64,000 bases of DNA from Mizuhopecten yessoensis (lineage: Eukaryota). The notes under the pieces were generated by a model, which had not been told where the DNA came from, ran no database searches, and saw nothing but the letters and a program-made list of their open reading frames with translations. Where the stretch lies: positions 46,691 through 110,690 of the forward strand of contig NW_018408535.1 of assembly GCF_002113885.1 (NCBI RefSeq), given 5' to 3'. Shown here piece after piece: positions 40,301 to 53,906 of this stretch. Both the position numbers and the translations under genes were made by a program. Numbering within the stretch: position 1 is the stretch's first letter; every line of letters starts with the position of its first letter.

Positions 40301-40625
40301 CATAGTCCAAAGACCTTGGTGATCATTTCCGAATACCTTGGTAATCATTGTCCGAATATCTTGGTGATCATTGTCCGAATACCTTGGTGATCATTGTCCG
40401 AATACCTTGTTGATCATTGTCCGAATACCTTGGTAATCATTGCCCCAATACCTTGATAATCATTGTCCGAATACCTTGGTGATCATTGTCAAAATACTTT
40501 GGTAATCATTGTCCGAATACCTTGGTGATCAGTGTTCTTAATAACGTGATGATCAGTGTCCTAATACCTTATTGATCATATACCTTGGTGATCAGTGGGC
40601 AAATGGGCGAATACCATGTTGATTA
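37350..40625. repeat. 23-bp minisatellite (ATTGTCCGAATACCTTGGTGATC), ~140 copies
   Basis: Visible periodicity with degenerate edges. Confidence 0.97.
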
Positions 40626-41317
40626 GTGCTCATGTCTGCTTTCCATCTTTTAATTTTGTCTCCTTTGTTGTCTCCTGACAATATCGTACACCATTGTTCT
40701 TACTCTCCCGTTATCGATTCCAAACCGGACTAGATTAATTAATTAAGCTATGAGTCTCCCTGAAATATATGGGTCATGCATGAGCAATGTTTATGCTTTC
40801 AACGATTCAACCTTCCCAGTGGATACATATAAACTAGAACAAGAATAACATTTAAATAAAAATAATATGTAGAAGTAGCTGTGATCGAAACCAAACATTG
40901 TGGAAAAAATGAATACGCAATTTGCTCGTGTATCATACATTGTCAATCGATGTTTGACTACGGAAAGCCAGTGATGATAACTAACGACCGACCTTGTCGT
41001 GGATAAGTACACTGTCGAAACCGACTTATAGCTAAATGTGGCTGTATTCTATTTTCTGGATTCATGTTTGGATGGAATACATTACATATCAAGTCACCAA
41101 AACAGTCGCACATATAGAAGAGTTGTATCAACCAATTGAGGGAACACATTGTTGTGAATAAAACTGGATACATGTATTTATCGAGACTTCACAATATTTC
41201 CTTTTCTAAGATTCTCATGAATTGTGCTACTTAAAACAATCTCGGGAAAGTCACTTTTTATTTCCTTATTGTTATATGTTTGCCTTACCAATCTGCTGGA
41301 TACCATATATCAATAGT

Positions 41318-43924
41318 CAAAGGGATATAACTCATAACAATCCACTAAATAATCACAGAGGGATATAACTCATAACAATCCGCTAAATAATCACAAAGGG
41401 ATATAACTCATAACAATCCGCTTAATAATAACAAAGGGATATAACTCATCACAATCAACTAAATAATAACAAAGAGATATAACTCATAACAATCCGCTAA
41501 ATAATCACAAAGGGATATTACTCATAACAATCCGCTAAATAATCACAAAGGGATATACATGTAACTCATAACAATCCGCTTTATAATCACAAAGGGATAT
41601 AACTCATCACAGTCAACTAAATAATAACAAAGAGATATAACTCATAACAATCCGCTTAATATTCACAAAGGGATATAACTCATAACAATCCGCGAAATAA
41701 TCACAAAGGGATATTAAATCATAACAATCCGCTAAATAATCACAAAGGGATATAACTCATAACAATCCGCTAAAAAATCACAAAGGGATGAAACTCATAA
41801 CAATCCGGGAAATAATCACAAAGGGATATAACTCATTACAATCCGCTAAATAATCACAAAGGGATGAAACTCATAACAATCCGGGAAATAATCACAAAGG
41901 GATATAACTCATTACAATCCGCTAAATAATCACAAAGGGATATACATGTAAAGTTAAGCAAAATAAGAATTTGTATCACAAAGGGATATAACTCATCACA
42001 GTCAACTAAATAATAACAAAGAGATATAACTCATAACAATCCGCTAAATAATCACAAAAGGGTTAACTCATAACAATCCGCTAAATAATCACAAAAGGGT
42101 TAACTAATAACAATCCGCTAAATAATCACAAGGATATTACTCATAACAATCCGCTAAATAATCACAAAAGGGTTAACTCATAACAATCCGCTAAATAATC
42201 TCAAAAGGGTTAACTCATAACAATCCGCTAAATAATCCCATAGGGATATAACTCATAACAATCCACTAAATAATCACAAAGGGATATAAATCATAACAAT
42301 CCGCTAAATAATCACAAAAGGGTTAACTACTAACAATCCGCTAAATAATCACAAAGGGATGTAACTCATAACAAACCGTTAAATAATCACAAAGGGATAT
42401 ACATGTAACTTTTAACAATCCGCTAAATAATCACAAAGGGGTATAACTCATAACAATCCACGGAATAATCACAAAGGGATATAACTCATACCTAACAATC
42501 CACTAAATAATCACAGAGGGATATAACTCATAACAATCCGCTAAATAATCTCAAAAGGGTTAACTCATAACAATCCGCTAAATAATCTCAAAAGGGTTAA
42601 CTCATAACAATCCGCTAAATAATCCCATAGGGATATAACTCATAACAATCCACTAAATAATCACAAAGGAATATAACTCATAACCATCCGCTAAATAATC
42701 ACAAAGGGATATTACTCATAACAATCCGCTAAATAATCACAAAAGGGTTAACTAATAACAATCCGCTAAATAATCACAAAGGGAGGAAACTCAAAACAAT
42801 CCGCAATCCACTAAAAAATCACAAAAGGATATAACTATAACTCATAACAATCCGCTAAATAATAACAAAGGGATATAACTCATAACAATCCGCGAAATAA
42901 TCAAAAAGGGATATTAAATCATAACAATCCGCTAAACAATCACAAAGGGATATAACTCATAACAATCCGCTTAATAATAACAAAGGGATATAACACATAA
43001 CAATCCGCTTAATAATCACAAAGGGATATTACACATAACAATCCACTAAAAAATCACAAAAAGATATAACTCATTACAATCCAAAGGGATATAACTCATA
43101 ACAGTCCACTTAATAATCACAAAGGGATATAACTCATAACCATCCGCTTAATAATAACAAAGGGATATAACTCATAACAATCCGCTGAATCATCACAAAA
43201 GGATATAACTCATCACAATCCGCTAAATAATCACAAAGGGATGTAACTCATAACAAACCGCTAAATAATCACAAAGGGATATACATGTAACTTTTAACAA
43301 TCCGCTAAATAATCACAAAGGGGTATAACTCATAACAATCCACGGAATAATCACAAAGGGATATAACTCATAACCATCCGCTTAATAATAACAAAGGGAT
43401 ATAACACATAACAATCCGCTTAATAATCACAAAGGGATATTACACATAACAATCCACTAAAAAATCACAAAAGGATATAACTATAACTCATAACAATCCG
43501 CTAAATAATCCCATAGGGATATAACTCATAACAATCCACTAAATAATCACAAAGGAATATAACTCATAACCATCCGCTAAATAATCACAAAGGGATATAG
43601 GGATATAACTCATAACAATCCGCTAAATAATCACAAAGGGATGAAACTCATAACAATCCGGTAAATAATCACAAAGGGATATAACTCATAACAATCCGGT
43701 AAATAATCACAAAGGGATATACATGTAACTCATAACAATCCGCTTAATAATCACAAAGGGATATAACACATAACAATCCGCTTAATAATCACAAAGGGAT
43801 ATAACTCATAACAATCCACTAAATAATCACAAAAGGATATAACTCATAACAGTCCACTAAATAATCACAAAGGGATATAACTCATAACAATCCGCTAAAT
43901 AATCACAAAGGATTATAACTCATA
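41318..43924. repeat. 38-bp minisatellite (ACAAAGGGATATAACTCATAACAATCCGCTAAATAATC), ~65 copies
   Basis: Visible periodicity. Confidence 0.97.
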
Positions 43925-44907
43925 CTGTTTGGTTTACATAAATGATAAATGTATGCTATTCAAGTAAGAAAAATATCTATGATAAGCGACCTAAAGTAAA
44001 ATATATACATTTTGTTTTGAATATTTTAATGAGTTTTTACAACAAACATGTATATATGATGTTATACCTCTCTCTCTCTCTTAGATAATTAAATGAAAAT
44101 GTTTAACAGAATTCTATAGGGACAACTGCAAGTATCGTCAGGGTAACGAAATAGTTTACGTCGAGCCTCCTGATGATGCACATACAGGAGAAAATGTACC
44201 ACAAGCCTTTATGAATGATACTCTATAAAAAGCATATAGTTACTAGTTAACAAGTAGGCAGATAATTTACCTATATTTTTATTACATTAAGGCTGTTCCC
44301 AATGAATAGCGCCTTCAGTAAAAAAGAACCCGCTGTAGGTGTACAAAACGTGATTATTACAATACATGTATCGTTAGGAAAAATCTAAAGAGTGGTAATC
44401 AGGATACCATTATAAAAGGGTGTGACATTGTTTATAAGATTTTCCGTCTTTAAAACACGACAAATTATACGTTTAACAACACAAAATTATTCCACATCGT
44501 TGCCACAAGATGTATTCATGAAAATCACAGTTAATCGTTTCCCTGTTATAAGTAAAACGTAAGTGGTCGGTATGTCTAATTATTTTATTTCAACTTTCCT
44601 TTCTAGTTTACAAAGTACACGAAATGAACTGAACACAACCGCCGATACCTATATCAGTTGTCTCCTAGCATAGGTGAAAAATGCATCTAGATGCAATATA
44701 AGATGGCAAGAATATTTTCTATGAGCGGTGTAAGGGAGGTCACTCCAGAAGTGAGTGTAGAATTACTTTTTTGTCTTCTCTTGTTCTGATGATTGTGTCT
44801 CGGGAACCTGTGTACAGAGGCGTGAAAAGGGGGATTATTTACAGTGCTTCGGTTAGGGGTTGTTTTGTTTTTTGTTTGCAGGTTATAAGATAAAAGGTAA
44901 AAGCTGG

Positions 44908-45738
44908 CATATGTACTAGAGTATGATAGGGCTTCAAGGGCTACATATTTACTAGAGTATGATAGTGATTCAAGGGCTACATGTGTACTAGAGTATGATG
45001 GAGCTTCAAGGGCTACATATCTACTAGAGTATGATAGGGCTTCAAGGGCTACGTATGTACTAGAGTATGATAGGGCTTCAAGGGCTACATATGTACTAGA
45101 GTATGATGGAGCTTCAAGGGCTACATATGTATTAGAGTATGATAGGGCTTCAAGGGCTACATATGGTATGTACTAGAGTATAATAAGGCTTCAAGGGCTA
45201 CATAGGGTATTACTAGAGTATGATAGGGCTGCAAGGGCTACTTGGGGTATGTACTAGAGTATGATAGGGCTTCAAGGGCTACATAAGGTATGTACTAGAG
45301 TATGATAGGGCTTCAAGGGCTATTTAGGGTATGTACTAGAGTATGATAGGGCTTCATGGGCTACTTAGGTAATGTACTAGAGTATGATAGGGCTTCAAGG
45401 GCTACTTAGGGTATATACTAGAGTATGATAGGGCTTCATGATCTACTTAGGGTATGTACTAGAGTAAGGTAGGGCTGCAAGGGCTACTTAGGATATGTAC
45501 TAGAGTATGATAGGGCTTCAAGGGCTTCATATGTACTAGAGTATGATTGGGCTTCAAGGGCTACTTAGGGTATGTACTAGAGTTTGATAGGGCTTCAATG
45601 GCTACTTAGAGTATGTACTAGAGTATGATAGGGCTTCAAGGGTTACATAGGGTATGTACTAGAGTATGATAGGGCTTCATGGGCTACATAGGGTATGTAC
45701 TAGAGTATGATAGGGCTTCAAGGGCTACTTAGGGTATG
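44908..45738. repeat. 36/41-bp minisatellite abutting a LINE 3' fragment
   Basis: TGTACTAGAGTATGATAGGGCTTCAAGGGCTAC(ATA/TTAGGGTA). Confidence 0.94.
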
Positions 45739-45978
45739 TGCGCCTTAAAGTCCTAGAGTATTGTGCATTATACTGATGCTATGGGAAGGAGATTTCATGG
45801 TGTTATTGTGTGTGGGAAAAATGAATATTTGTAGATGTCCTTTGTAGCAGATATATGTTTGTTTGCGTATGTGTGTACATGTCTGATTCAAGGGTCTACG
45901 AGTGTGAGTATAGATGTTGGGTTTATTGCTACGAGTTGGTGTACTATTTTGTAAAAAAAACTAAATCTGTATTGTTCC
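45738..45978 (-). pseudogene. 3'-terminal ORF2 fragment of a CR1-group LINE
   Basis: Reverse complement translates FYKIVHQLVAINP...KDIYKYSFFPHTITP*NLLP...DFKAH, matching the YK.SFFPRTI..WN.LP C-terminus; contains stops. Confidence 0.8.
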
Positions 45979-46279
45979 TCTAACAACGAACACATACCAT
46001 CACCTCACATAAAATATTTGGTGAGGATTTTAAGATTCACACTGTGACATACTTTCAGATCAAACTGGTGTTAATGAGCACTTCATAATCTCTAGTAACA
46101 CATGAGGTGGTAAACATAACTTCTTACGTAAAGAAACACGTCAGCTACCCTGGCAGTGTAGACAAAACATAGCACCACTACCTGTTAATGAATGTATTTT
46201 TCACAGTGGCTGTATATGACAGAATACAAATAGTGTACTGCAAGTAAAAAGGATGACTCGTTTTCTGTTCAAAACTACA

Positions 46280-46830
46280 CTAATAGATGTATATGGTAGA
46301 GGCTGATGAGCAAATTCCGTATTGAAAACTTCCTTTATGACTACGTACTAGATATTACTAGAACTTATATTTCAAGGAATGGAGGGACTGATTGTCAGTA
46401 AATAATAGCTTGCGACATTATGCTAGCATTCATGAGTATGCAGGGTTACATCCATTATTACCTCTTGGTTTAAAATACCCAGCTTTTGTCTGAAAATTTC
46501 TTGAACTGATAGAGCTGTCTTTTACATACGAGAGCAATATTGTTAAATGTAAATTATGTGAAAAACTAACAAATAATATTGGCATCCACTTTGTAATAAA
46601 ATGCCCAAGTCTTTTGTCAAAGTAGGGACAGATTATTTGACCGTATGGTAGATATACTCGAGGTGACAGATTATATGACCGTATGGTAAATATACTCGAG
46701 GTGACAGATTACGTGCGGTTCTCATATATGGAGGACGATCAACAGTTCTGTGTTATTTTCGGTAATAGAAACTTACTACGGCTTAATGATGATCACTGGG
46801 AGCTTTATATGATTGGCATACTTCCTAGAC
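46280..46830 (+). pseudogene. Degenerate 3' fragment of the RTE-like LINE family seen at 50.9-52.9 kb
   Basis: CKLCEKLTNNIGIHFVIKCPSL..SRDRLFDRMVDILEVTDYVRFSYMEDDQQF..DDHWE aligns with CKLCRKATDKIAKHFLIQCPSLFSSRDKLLEHVVNTLKVIDYVKF..DDEWE; frameshifts and an internal duplication near 46636-46712. Confidence 0.8.
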
Positions 46831-47340
46831 GCTGATAGACGGAAATGATGGAGATAAAATTCATGTCACAATGGAAGACCATTTGTTTTTCTTTCACAGG
46901 AATTTATTATATTGGTGAACATCCCTTTCTGGTCAAATTGTTTGGTTATATCTTTCTATTTTTTAGGAAAATTATCGAGATGTAAGTGTTAAAGGAAACT
47001 AACTACTAAAATACTAGTATCTCCTAGGTTAAACATTATATTTGCATTTGTATGAATAGGTCATTTAAATGTGAATCATGTTTTTCACTTGGGTACATTG
47101 GGGAGTCATTATTCAACAGTTTATACGTCAAAATAGGCTTATTGCAACTCCTAAAAGAAAAACGTCTCTAATCTAAACTGCTAGTGTAGTTTTGAATGTG
47201 ATGTACTTCTAAGTGGCAACTTTTACACGTGCTACAAGGTTAGGCAGTTGTCTCTTGTACTTCGTATCACACATCGTCAAATCTAGCACCAATAGTTGCG
47301 ATCACTTGCAGATAAACAGGTCCCGTACGATTATTGACGT

Positions 47341-47459
47341 TTAGTCCCGGTAAAGAATGACATCCATTCCAGGAGTTGCCTCCATCGGACAATCCCTAGC
47401 CAGTAACAGTGGCTGTAGATGAGGAACTGTTGCCAAGGCACCATTCCAAAACTGACCAG
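47341..47459 (-). CDS. Gene D last coding exon
   Basis: ttttcctttctccatctAG acceptor, phase 1; (S)GQFWNGALATVPHLQPLLLARDCPMEATPGMDVILYRD*. Confidence 0.8.
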
Positions 47460-47589
47460 CTAGATGGAGAAAGGAAAACGCAAAATCGTAATGAAATGTT
47501 TGTTCGATGTATTCACATTGTAACTTATGCTCGTTGGAAAGAATTATAAGTATATTACATCATTAACACGGTACATGGTATGTTTTTAC

Positions 47590-48138
47590 TAGTATCAGTC
47601 ATTAAGACTATTTATATCTACCATTAAGTAGTATCAGTCATTAAGACTATTTATATCTACCATTAAGTAGTATCAGTCATTAAGACTATTTATATCTACC
47701 ATTAAGTAGTATCAGTCATTAAGACTATTTATATCTACCATTAAGTAGTATCAGTCATTAAGACTATTTATATCTACCATTAAGTAGTATCAGTCATTAA
47801 GACTATTTATATCTACCATTAAGTAGTATCAGTCATTAAGACTATTTATATCTACCATTAAGTAGTATCAGTCATTAAGACTATTTATATCTACCATTAA
47901 GTAGTATCAGTCATTAAGACTATTTATATCTACCATTAAGTAGTATCAGTCATTAAGACTATTTATATCTACCATTAAGTAGTATCAGTCATTAAGACTA
48001 TTTATATCTACCATTAAGTAGTATTAGTCATTAAGACTATTTATATCTACCATTAAGTAGTATCGGTCATCAAGACTTTTTATATCTACCATTAATTAGT
48101 ATCAGTCATTAAGACTATTTATATCTACCATTAAGTAG
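47590..48138. repeat. 39-bp near-perfect tandem repeat, ~14 copies
   Basis: AGTATCAGTCATTAAGACTATTTATATCTACCATTAAGT. Confidence 0.96.
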
Positions 48139-48492
48139 ATGATAACGTTCGCAACATCAATTATGAGACACCATGTTTGACTTTATTTTCTTGATCACAA
48201 TGATTCTCTCTCCTCTAGTATCATTTAATGTCACCTGACTGAACGTTTGATGACATCAGTGCTGTCTTCCTGTCCCGTTACGGTGACGTCATTAAAATCT
48301 ATAATATCTATATTGATGTTGAGAGAAATATATTAACAAGTGTTTGAATAGCGCATTGTCCTTCGTTTGTGTTTATAACACTTCGCATTAGTTTTGGAAA
48401 TAAAACTAAATCGCACACATTCTTAAACATGAATCATTTTGACATATGTGCATGCATGTTCTTTAAACAATTACTTACATTATTATGATACG

Positions 48493-48889
48493 ATTTTCTA
48501 TGTGACGTTTCGATGACTAGTACGATATGTACACTGTCACCTTCATCAGACAAATGACCAGTGAAGCGTATGCACACAAAGGTGTCGATTTTGGCTACGC
48601 TATAAACGTATGTACAATAGTTGTTATATATATACCGAAATGATTCGATTCAGCTACTCTTCGATTCCTAAATCGAGACGAGAGGGCTCAAAGACTATCG
48701 CACGTCGAGTCATTTCGGTATATATATAACAACTATTGTACATATACAGCGTAGCCGAAATCGACATCAATTTTGTGGACAACTCGTACACATTTTCCAC
48801 CATTGTGTGCATACGCTTCACTGGTCATTTTTCTGATGAAGGTGACAGTGTACATATCGTACTAGTAATCGGAACGTCACATAGAAAAT
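48493..48889. mobile_element. Long inverted repeat (~155-bp arms), probable Penelope-like pseudo-LTR remnant
   Basis: 48493-48648 matches the reverse complement of 48705-48889 (right arm has a ~30-bp insertion); arms carry the CTGATGAAG...CGAAACGTC motif typical of PLE termini. Confidence 0.7.
48498..48555 (-). ncRNA. Minimal type I hammerhead ribozyme motif
   Basis: UGU-CUGAUGA-A-GGUGAC..GUCAUC-GAAA-C-GUC|ACA: catalytic boxes, stem II, loop-less palindromic stem III (ACGU) and short stem I (UGU/ACA). Confidence 0.6.
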
Positions 48890-48964
48890 TATATTGATTG
48901 TGTAAAAAGAACTTTTCATAATCCATACTTACCAACCTGAAGAAAATGTTTAGAAATAACTTAC

Positions 48965-49059
48965 ATTGTAGAATCGTCATCAAAGGTTTGCCCGTTGGAA
49001 GCGTTGCTACAGTTACACACATGAACCCGTCCATGTTGTTCATTAATTCGACTGCAGTT
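48965..49059 (-). CDS. Gene D coding exon 6
   Basis: ttttccccctcAG acceptor, T|GTAAGT donor; phase 2 to 1; TAVELMNNMDGFMCVTVATLPTGKPLMTILQ. Confidence 0.82.
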
Positions 49060-49707
49060 CTGAGGGGGAAAAAATATTAGAACTCTGCCATTTGAAAAAA
49101 AAAAAAGATTTAACCTATTCTTATTATTGTCCGGCAAAAATGTTAACTGATCGCTTAGTCCGTTATCAAAGAAGCCCTGTCGTAAACATGTAAAGTCCTT
49201 GGGATGGTTAATTATAGAAGAAATGACAAATATAAAATATAACATATAATCATATACACATTATAGGTTGTAGTGACACGATGGAGTGTCGTACTACCAT
49301 GTACGCGTTCTGAGTTATACTCCGTTGAGATGGTATAGTTAAGTCTCCTTAAATATTTCTTTGGTCATCCGAAACACTGAAATATCTCAGGAAAACAGAA
49401 CAAAATGCTAAAAACAAGTTCAAATGGAGCAAAACTTAATACAAAATGTCAATTTTCCCAAAATAGGGACACTAATACCAAATGAAAAACATCGTCCGGA
49501 GCCCCACAAACTAAACGTTGGTGTTCCAGCGGTACATGCCAATTTGTTGCTTCCTTAATACATATATAGTTCCACATTATTTTATATTGAAATGATACGT
49601 TTTGCTTTCCAAAAATGATTTTCCCTGAGAGATCAGTGAAGCTTCTTTGGGCTGCTTAAGAACATCAGATTTGTTTAACACTGAGCATGTACATGACGTA
49701 TGCTTAC

Positions 49708-49873
49708 CTTAACAGGTACGCGCTGTGGTCTCGACACTCACACACGAGAGACAGAAAGAAACCTCCAGCAAAGACAATATCCAGTGAATTCTTCTTTATC
49801 TCCGTGTGATCGGCTCCTGATAGAGTGGAGTTCCATGTTCCCCTGTATGCTTCAGAAAAGCTACATAAACCAG
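49708..49873 (-). CDS. Gene D coding exon 5 (start of domain 2)
   Basis: tttgtAG acceptor, AG|GTAAGC donor; phase 1 to 2; GLCSFSEAYRGTW...LVCECRDHSAYLLR, paralogous to exon 2. Confidence 0.85.
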
Positions 49874-50456
49874 CTACAAACAGCCCAGTAGCATACAGAT
49901 TAAATGTATCAAAAGACATAATCATACACCACAATGTCAACAGACAGGGACAAAGCCTGAAATCAAAGTCGACACGAACAGCTTCATTAGGAACCGAGGA
50001 CCCATGTAAATACGAAAGACATCAGGTGTCAACTCAAATTCGCAGTGTCGGAAGATGTACATTGTATATATATATATATATATATCTGTTCACATTAATA
50101 AAATTAATAAAACAACATTATATTTGAATAAGTTGGAACACTTAGATTTACATGGCGGGTGCAGTCGATGAAGTAAAAGACGTTTACCCTTCCGGAACAC
50201 CTGGCCATATTCTCCTTGAAGTTTTTCAATGATCTCGTTGTTAATGTTTCCTTTACTAATGTTTTGCCTAGTTTAATCCATTTCAAGATCAAATTATGTT
50301 TTTTAACACTTCGGTACATTATTCTTCTCATTAATAGAGCTAGACATTTCTAGCAGTAGTCTGATTATAATGTTACGTAGTATTGATTAAAAGAAAATAT
50401 GTTTGATTTTATACATATTTGTATAAACGAGCAGGTAACCCTAAAGCCATACTCAC

Positions 50457-50585
50457 GTCGTTTACGCTTTATGTATGCAGTTCTAATGTACGACGGTTTC
50501 GTCTGACGGCAAACGTCGTCGATCGTCATGGTAACATCGGTAGCAATCGTCTGTGGGTCCATGATACTACCGTTCATGGGAACAG
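50457..50585 (-). CDS. Gene D coding exon 4
   Basis: tttccccttctAG acceptor, C|GTGAGT donor; phase 1 to 1; VPMNGSIMDPQTIATDVTMTIDDVCRQTKPSYIRTAYIKRKR. Confidence 0.85.
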
Positions 50586-50706
50586 CTAGAAGGGGAAATA
50601 TAATCATGTGAATACTTGGATTTTGATTTTTTCATCAAGCTGATAGGTCATGAAAGTGTATGCATTAATTGTAACCAAAATCGTGGTTCACATTAATGCG
50701 AGTTTT

Positions 50707-50892
50707 CATGATTACCAAACTACCATCTGTACAGTGAGTATGCAGAATCCGTATAGGAGGTATTACATTGGTGAACCGTTCGGCCTATGTTATGGAATTA
50801 TACAATCTTCGGGATATATTAGTCATCCTTAGCTATCAGTCATAGTTAACTCCACATTTATCAGCTCTGCAGTAGATCTGTTTTGATACATG
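50707..50892. repeat. Left copy of 186-bp direct repeat (putative long TSD); right copy 52941-53126
   Basis: About 5 substitutions between copies; both run CATG...CATG. Confidence 0.92.
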
Positions 50893-52940
50893 GACTATCC
50901 AAAGCATTTCAAAAAGGAATCGTTATCACTTTGTTTACAGGCGGGAAGAAAGACCGTCTTGACATGAATAATTACAGGGACATTACGTTGACACCAGTAT
51001 TACAAAAACTATTTGAAAAAATCATGTATCAGCGAATATCAAAACATTGTTCAAAAATTGGATTTCCACACAAGTTGCAACAGGGATTTCGACCACAATG
51101 TGGCAGCATTACAGCCGCATTTACCGTAAAAGAATCAATTTGTCACGATCTGGAGCGCAATTCAAACGTCTTTGCAGCGTTTCTTGACAACGCAAAAGCC
51201 TTTAATAGTGTTTGGATACAGGGGTTGCTATTGAAGGTGTGTCGGCTAAGCATCAACGGTAAATTCTGGCGGATTCTTCATAACTCGTTTGTTGATGTGA
51301 CGGCATGTGTTCTTTATGATGGGGAAACGAGCGATGCGTACCCTATAGGGCAAGGGGTCAAGGGGGGACTCTCTCTGCTTGGCTCTTCCTTAAATATGAT
51401 TGATGATTTGACGGTTAGGCTGGAAGAAGCAGGTCTTGGACTAGATGTCCACAACCTCCATATTCGGTGTGTTTTCCTAGCAGATGAAACTTTACTTTTG
51501 GCTGCGTCGATCAGAAATCTACAGATGAAGTTAGACATTGTCCACACATATGCAAAGCTATGAAGACTTAACTATAATTGTTCAAAATCTTCATTAATGC
51601 AATTTACAAATCGGAAACGACCGCAAAGTGAATTAAAGGCTTCGTGTTCTTTAGGAAATACACCGATTACATGGACAACATCAAAAATGTACGCTGGAAT
51701 AACATTATGATATAACCTTAAACCCGATATGCACATCGCTAGTTCTTGTGGAAAAGGACGTAGAACCGTTAACAGCCTTATCAGTGTTGGCATACACCAG
51801 AACGGAATGAATCCATTAACAAGTGTACGCATTATCAAATCGGTTGTCCTCCCAGCTATATTGTATGGATGTGAATTATGGGCAGATCCAACCAAGTCAT
51901 CCAAACGCGAGCTGGAGCGAACGCAAAGGTACGCAGCTAGGAGATGTCAGGGTTTTAAAAAACATCATCATCAGCAATAACAACAAGGGCTCTTGGACTA
52001 CCGGATGTTTGGTGTGAAGTCGAAAAACGCAAATTATTCTTTTGGAATAAGTTATGCAATGCCAGTACTGACTTCGTTTGGAAAAGCCTATTTCTTATCC
52101 GAGTATGCAACTTTGTATTTGGAAAGTACCTTTTCTGTAGTGCCAGTTTTATTAAGGATATATCAGGCACAATGTTAAAATTTGGAATACACTCGTTCTT
52201 TCTTGAATTCGTTCTTTCATCTTTAACATGCAGTTCAAGACAATGGAAGCTCTTTGTCAAAAACGTTACTGAACAGTTTCATTTCAATCAATGGTGTTGT
52301 GAATGTGAACACAATGTGCTACTAAGTCATTATAAGTGCATACATCCGTATATGGGCCCCAACCCTCTGTGGGAATTAAGCTTGAAATATCCAAAACTGA
52401 CACGGACACTTGCGGAATTAGTAAAGCTCTCATATCGGACATGGGCTGATTGTGTAATTTGTAAATTGTGCCGTAAAGCAACAGACAAGATAGCAAAGCA
52501 CTTCCTTATACAATGTCCATCTTTATTCAGCAGTAGGGATAAGCTTTTAGAGCATGTTGTAAATACGCTAAAGGTTATTGATTATGTTAAATTTGATTTG
52601 TTGGAAGAAGACGATCAGTACCTGTTTCTCTTAGGTAGTAGAATGGTGATGGAAATAGATGATGATGAATGGGAGAACTGCATCATCTGAGTTGCACGCT
52701 GTGTAGAGCACATGCTTTCTGAAGTCAACAGTTTTCCCGAGAAGTGAATCGAAATTTCTGAGAGGTCAGTTGTACTGACCAATAAAGTATGTAAATAATC
52801 TGCAGTGTTGATAACATAACAATATGACATTAATATACCATGTTTTCTATAATTGTACGAGTAAATTATTGTAACAGTTCACTCATGTAAGACATGTAAA
52901 TTCGATATGGAGGAAATAAAGAATATGTCTGTCTGTCTGT
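50893..52940 (+). mobile_element. 5'-truncated, decayed non-LTR retrotransposon (RTE/RTEX-like) in gene D intron, antisense to the gene
   Basis: RT motifs NYRDITL, QQGFR, FLDNAKAFNSV, degenerate LADE; C-terminal CxxC-x8-H-x4-C; stops and frameshifts; AATAAA (52915) plus (TGTC)n tail; flanked by 186-bp direct repeats. Clade assignment is inference. Confidence 0.9.
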
Positions 52941-53289
52941 CATGATTACCAAACTACCATCTGTACAGTGAGTATGCAGAATCCGTATAGGAGGTATTAC
53001 ATTGGTGAACCGTTCGGCCTATGCTATGGGATTATACAATCTTCAGGATATATTAGTCATCCTTGGCTATCAGTCATAGTTTACTCCACATTTATCAGCT
53101 CTGCAGTAGATCTGTTTTGATACATGTCACAACAAGAAAAATATGCAGATTCATTTTCATTTTTCAAATGGCCTAATATAAAATTATCACATATTTCAAT
53201 TATTGTACAGGCTAATGACGTAAAGTGTAATAAACAAAGCTGTTGTTGCCTTTATTTGTTTGTTTGAACGTCCTTAAAACAGGCAAGGC

Positions 53290-53512
53290 TATAAACTATA
53301 AATCTATATATTCTATATATCTATAAACTATAAATCTATATATTCTATATATCTATAAACTATAAATCTATATCTATAAACTATAAATCGATATATTTTA
53401 TATATTTATAAACTATTAATCGATATATTCTATATATTTATAAACTATAAATCTATATAATCTAGATATTTATAAACTATCAATCTATATATTCCCTATA
53501 CCTATAAACTAT
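53290..53512. repeat. AT-rich ~32-bp tandem repeat
   Basis: CTATAAACTATAAATCTATATATTCTATATAT units. Confidence 0.85.
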
Positions 53513-53667
53513 ACAGATGTATTTGCGTGCGGATATTTTTGCGATGATTTTCTTAATGCGAAAAACGTCAACATTTCCTCACTTCGATAATATTAACACT
53601 ACTTCTACCAATAACTCTATTACTACTCCACAACAACAAATATTACTACCATTACTATAGTACTCAC

Positions 53668-53750
53668 GGTTAAGTCTGTCTATAGTTACACCGGCATCGG
53701 CCATTTCTCCAAACAGGAGACAGATAACACCACACTGACCTTTCGTGTCT
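53668..53750 (-). CDS. Gene D coding exon 3
   Basis: ttcttgctgttccAG acceptor, C|GTGAGT donor; phase 2 to 1; DTKGQCGVICLLFGEMADAGVTIDRLN. Confidence 0.85.
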
Positions 53751-53906
53751 CTGGAACAGCAAGAATTCCATAACAGGGCGTCATTAATTGTATGTCGCTG
53801 AACAATTGTTCTTTTACTAGACCAAAACACCCAAACAAACTCACGTTTTAAAGCAGTGTGGATTCTGTGACTGATGTTCATCACAGTACAGTGTATGTAA
53901 ACTTAC

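Noticed and set aside
50707-53126. LTR retrotransposon interpretation of the 186-bp direct repeats
   Set aside because: The RT is non-LTR type with a poly(A) signal and microsatellite tail; no TG/CA ends, PBS or integrase
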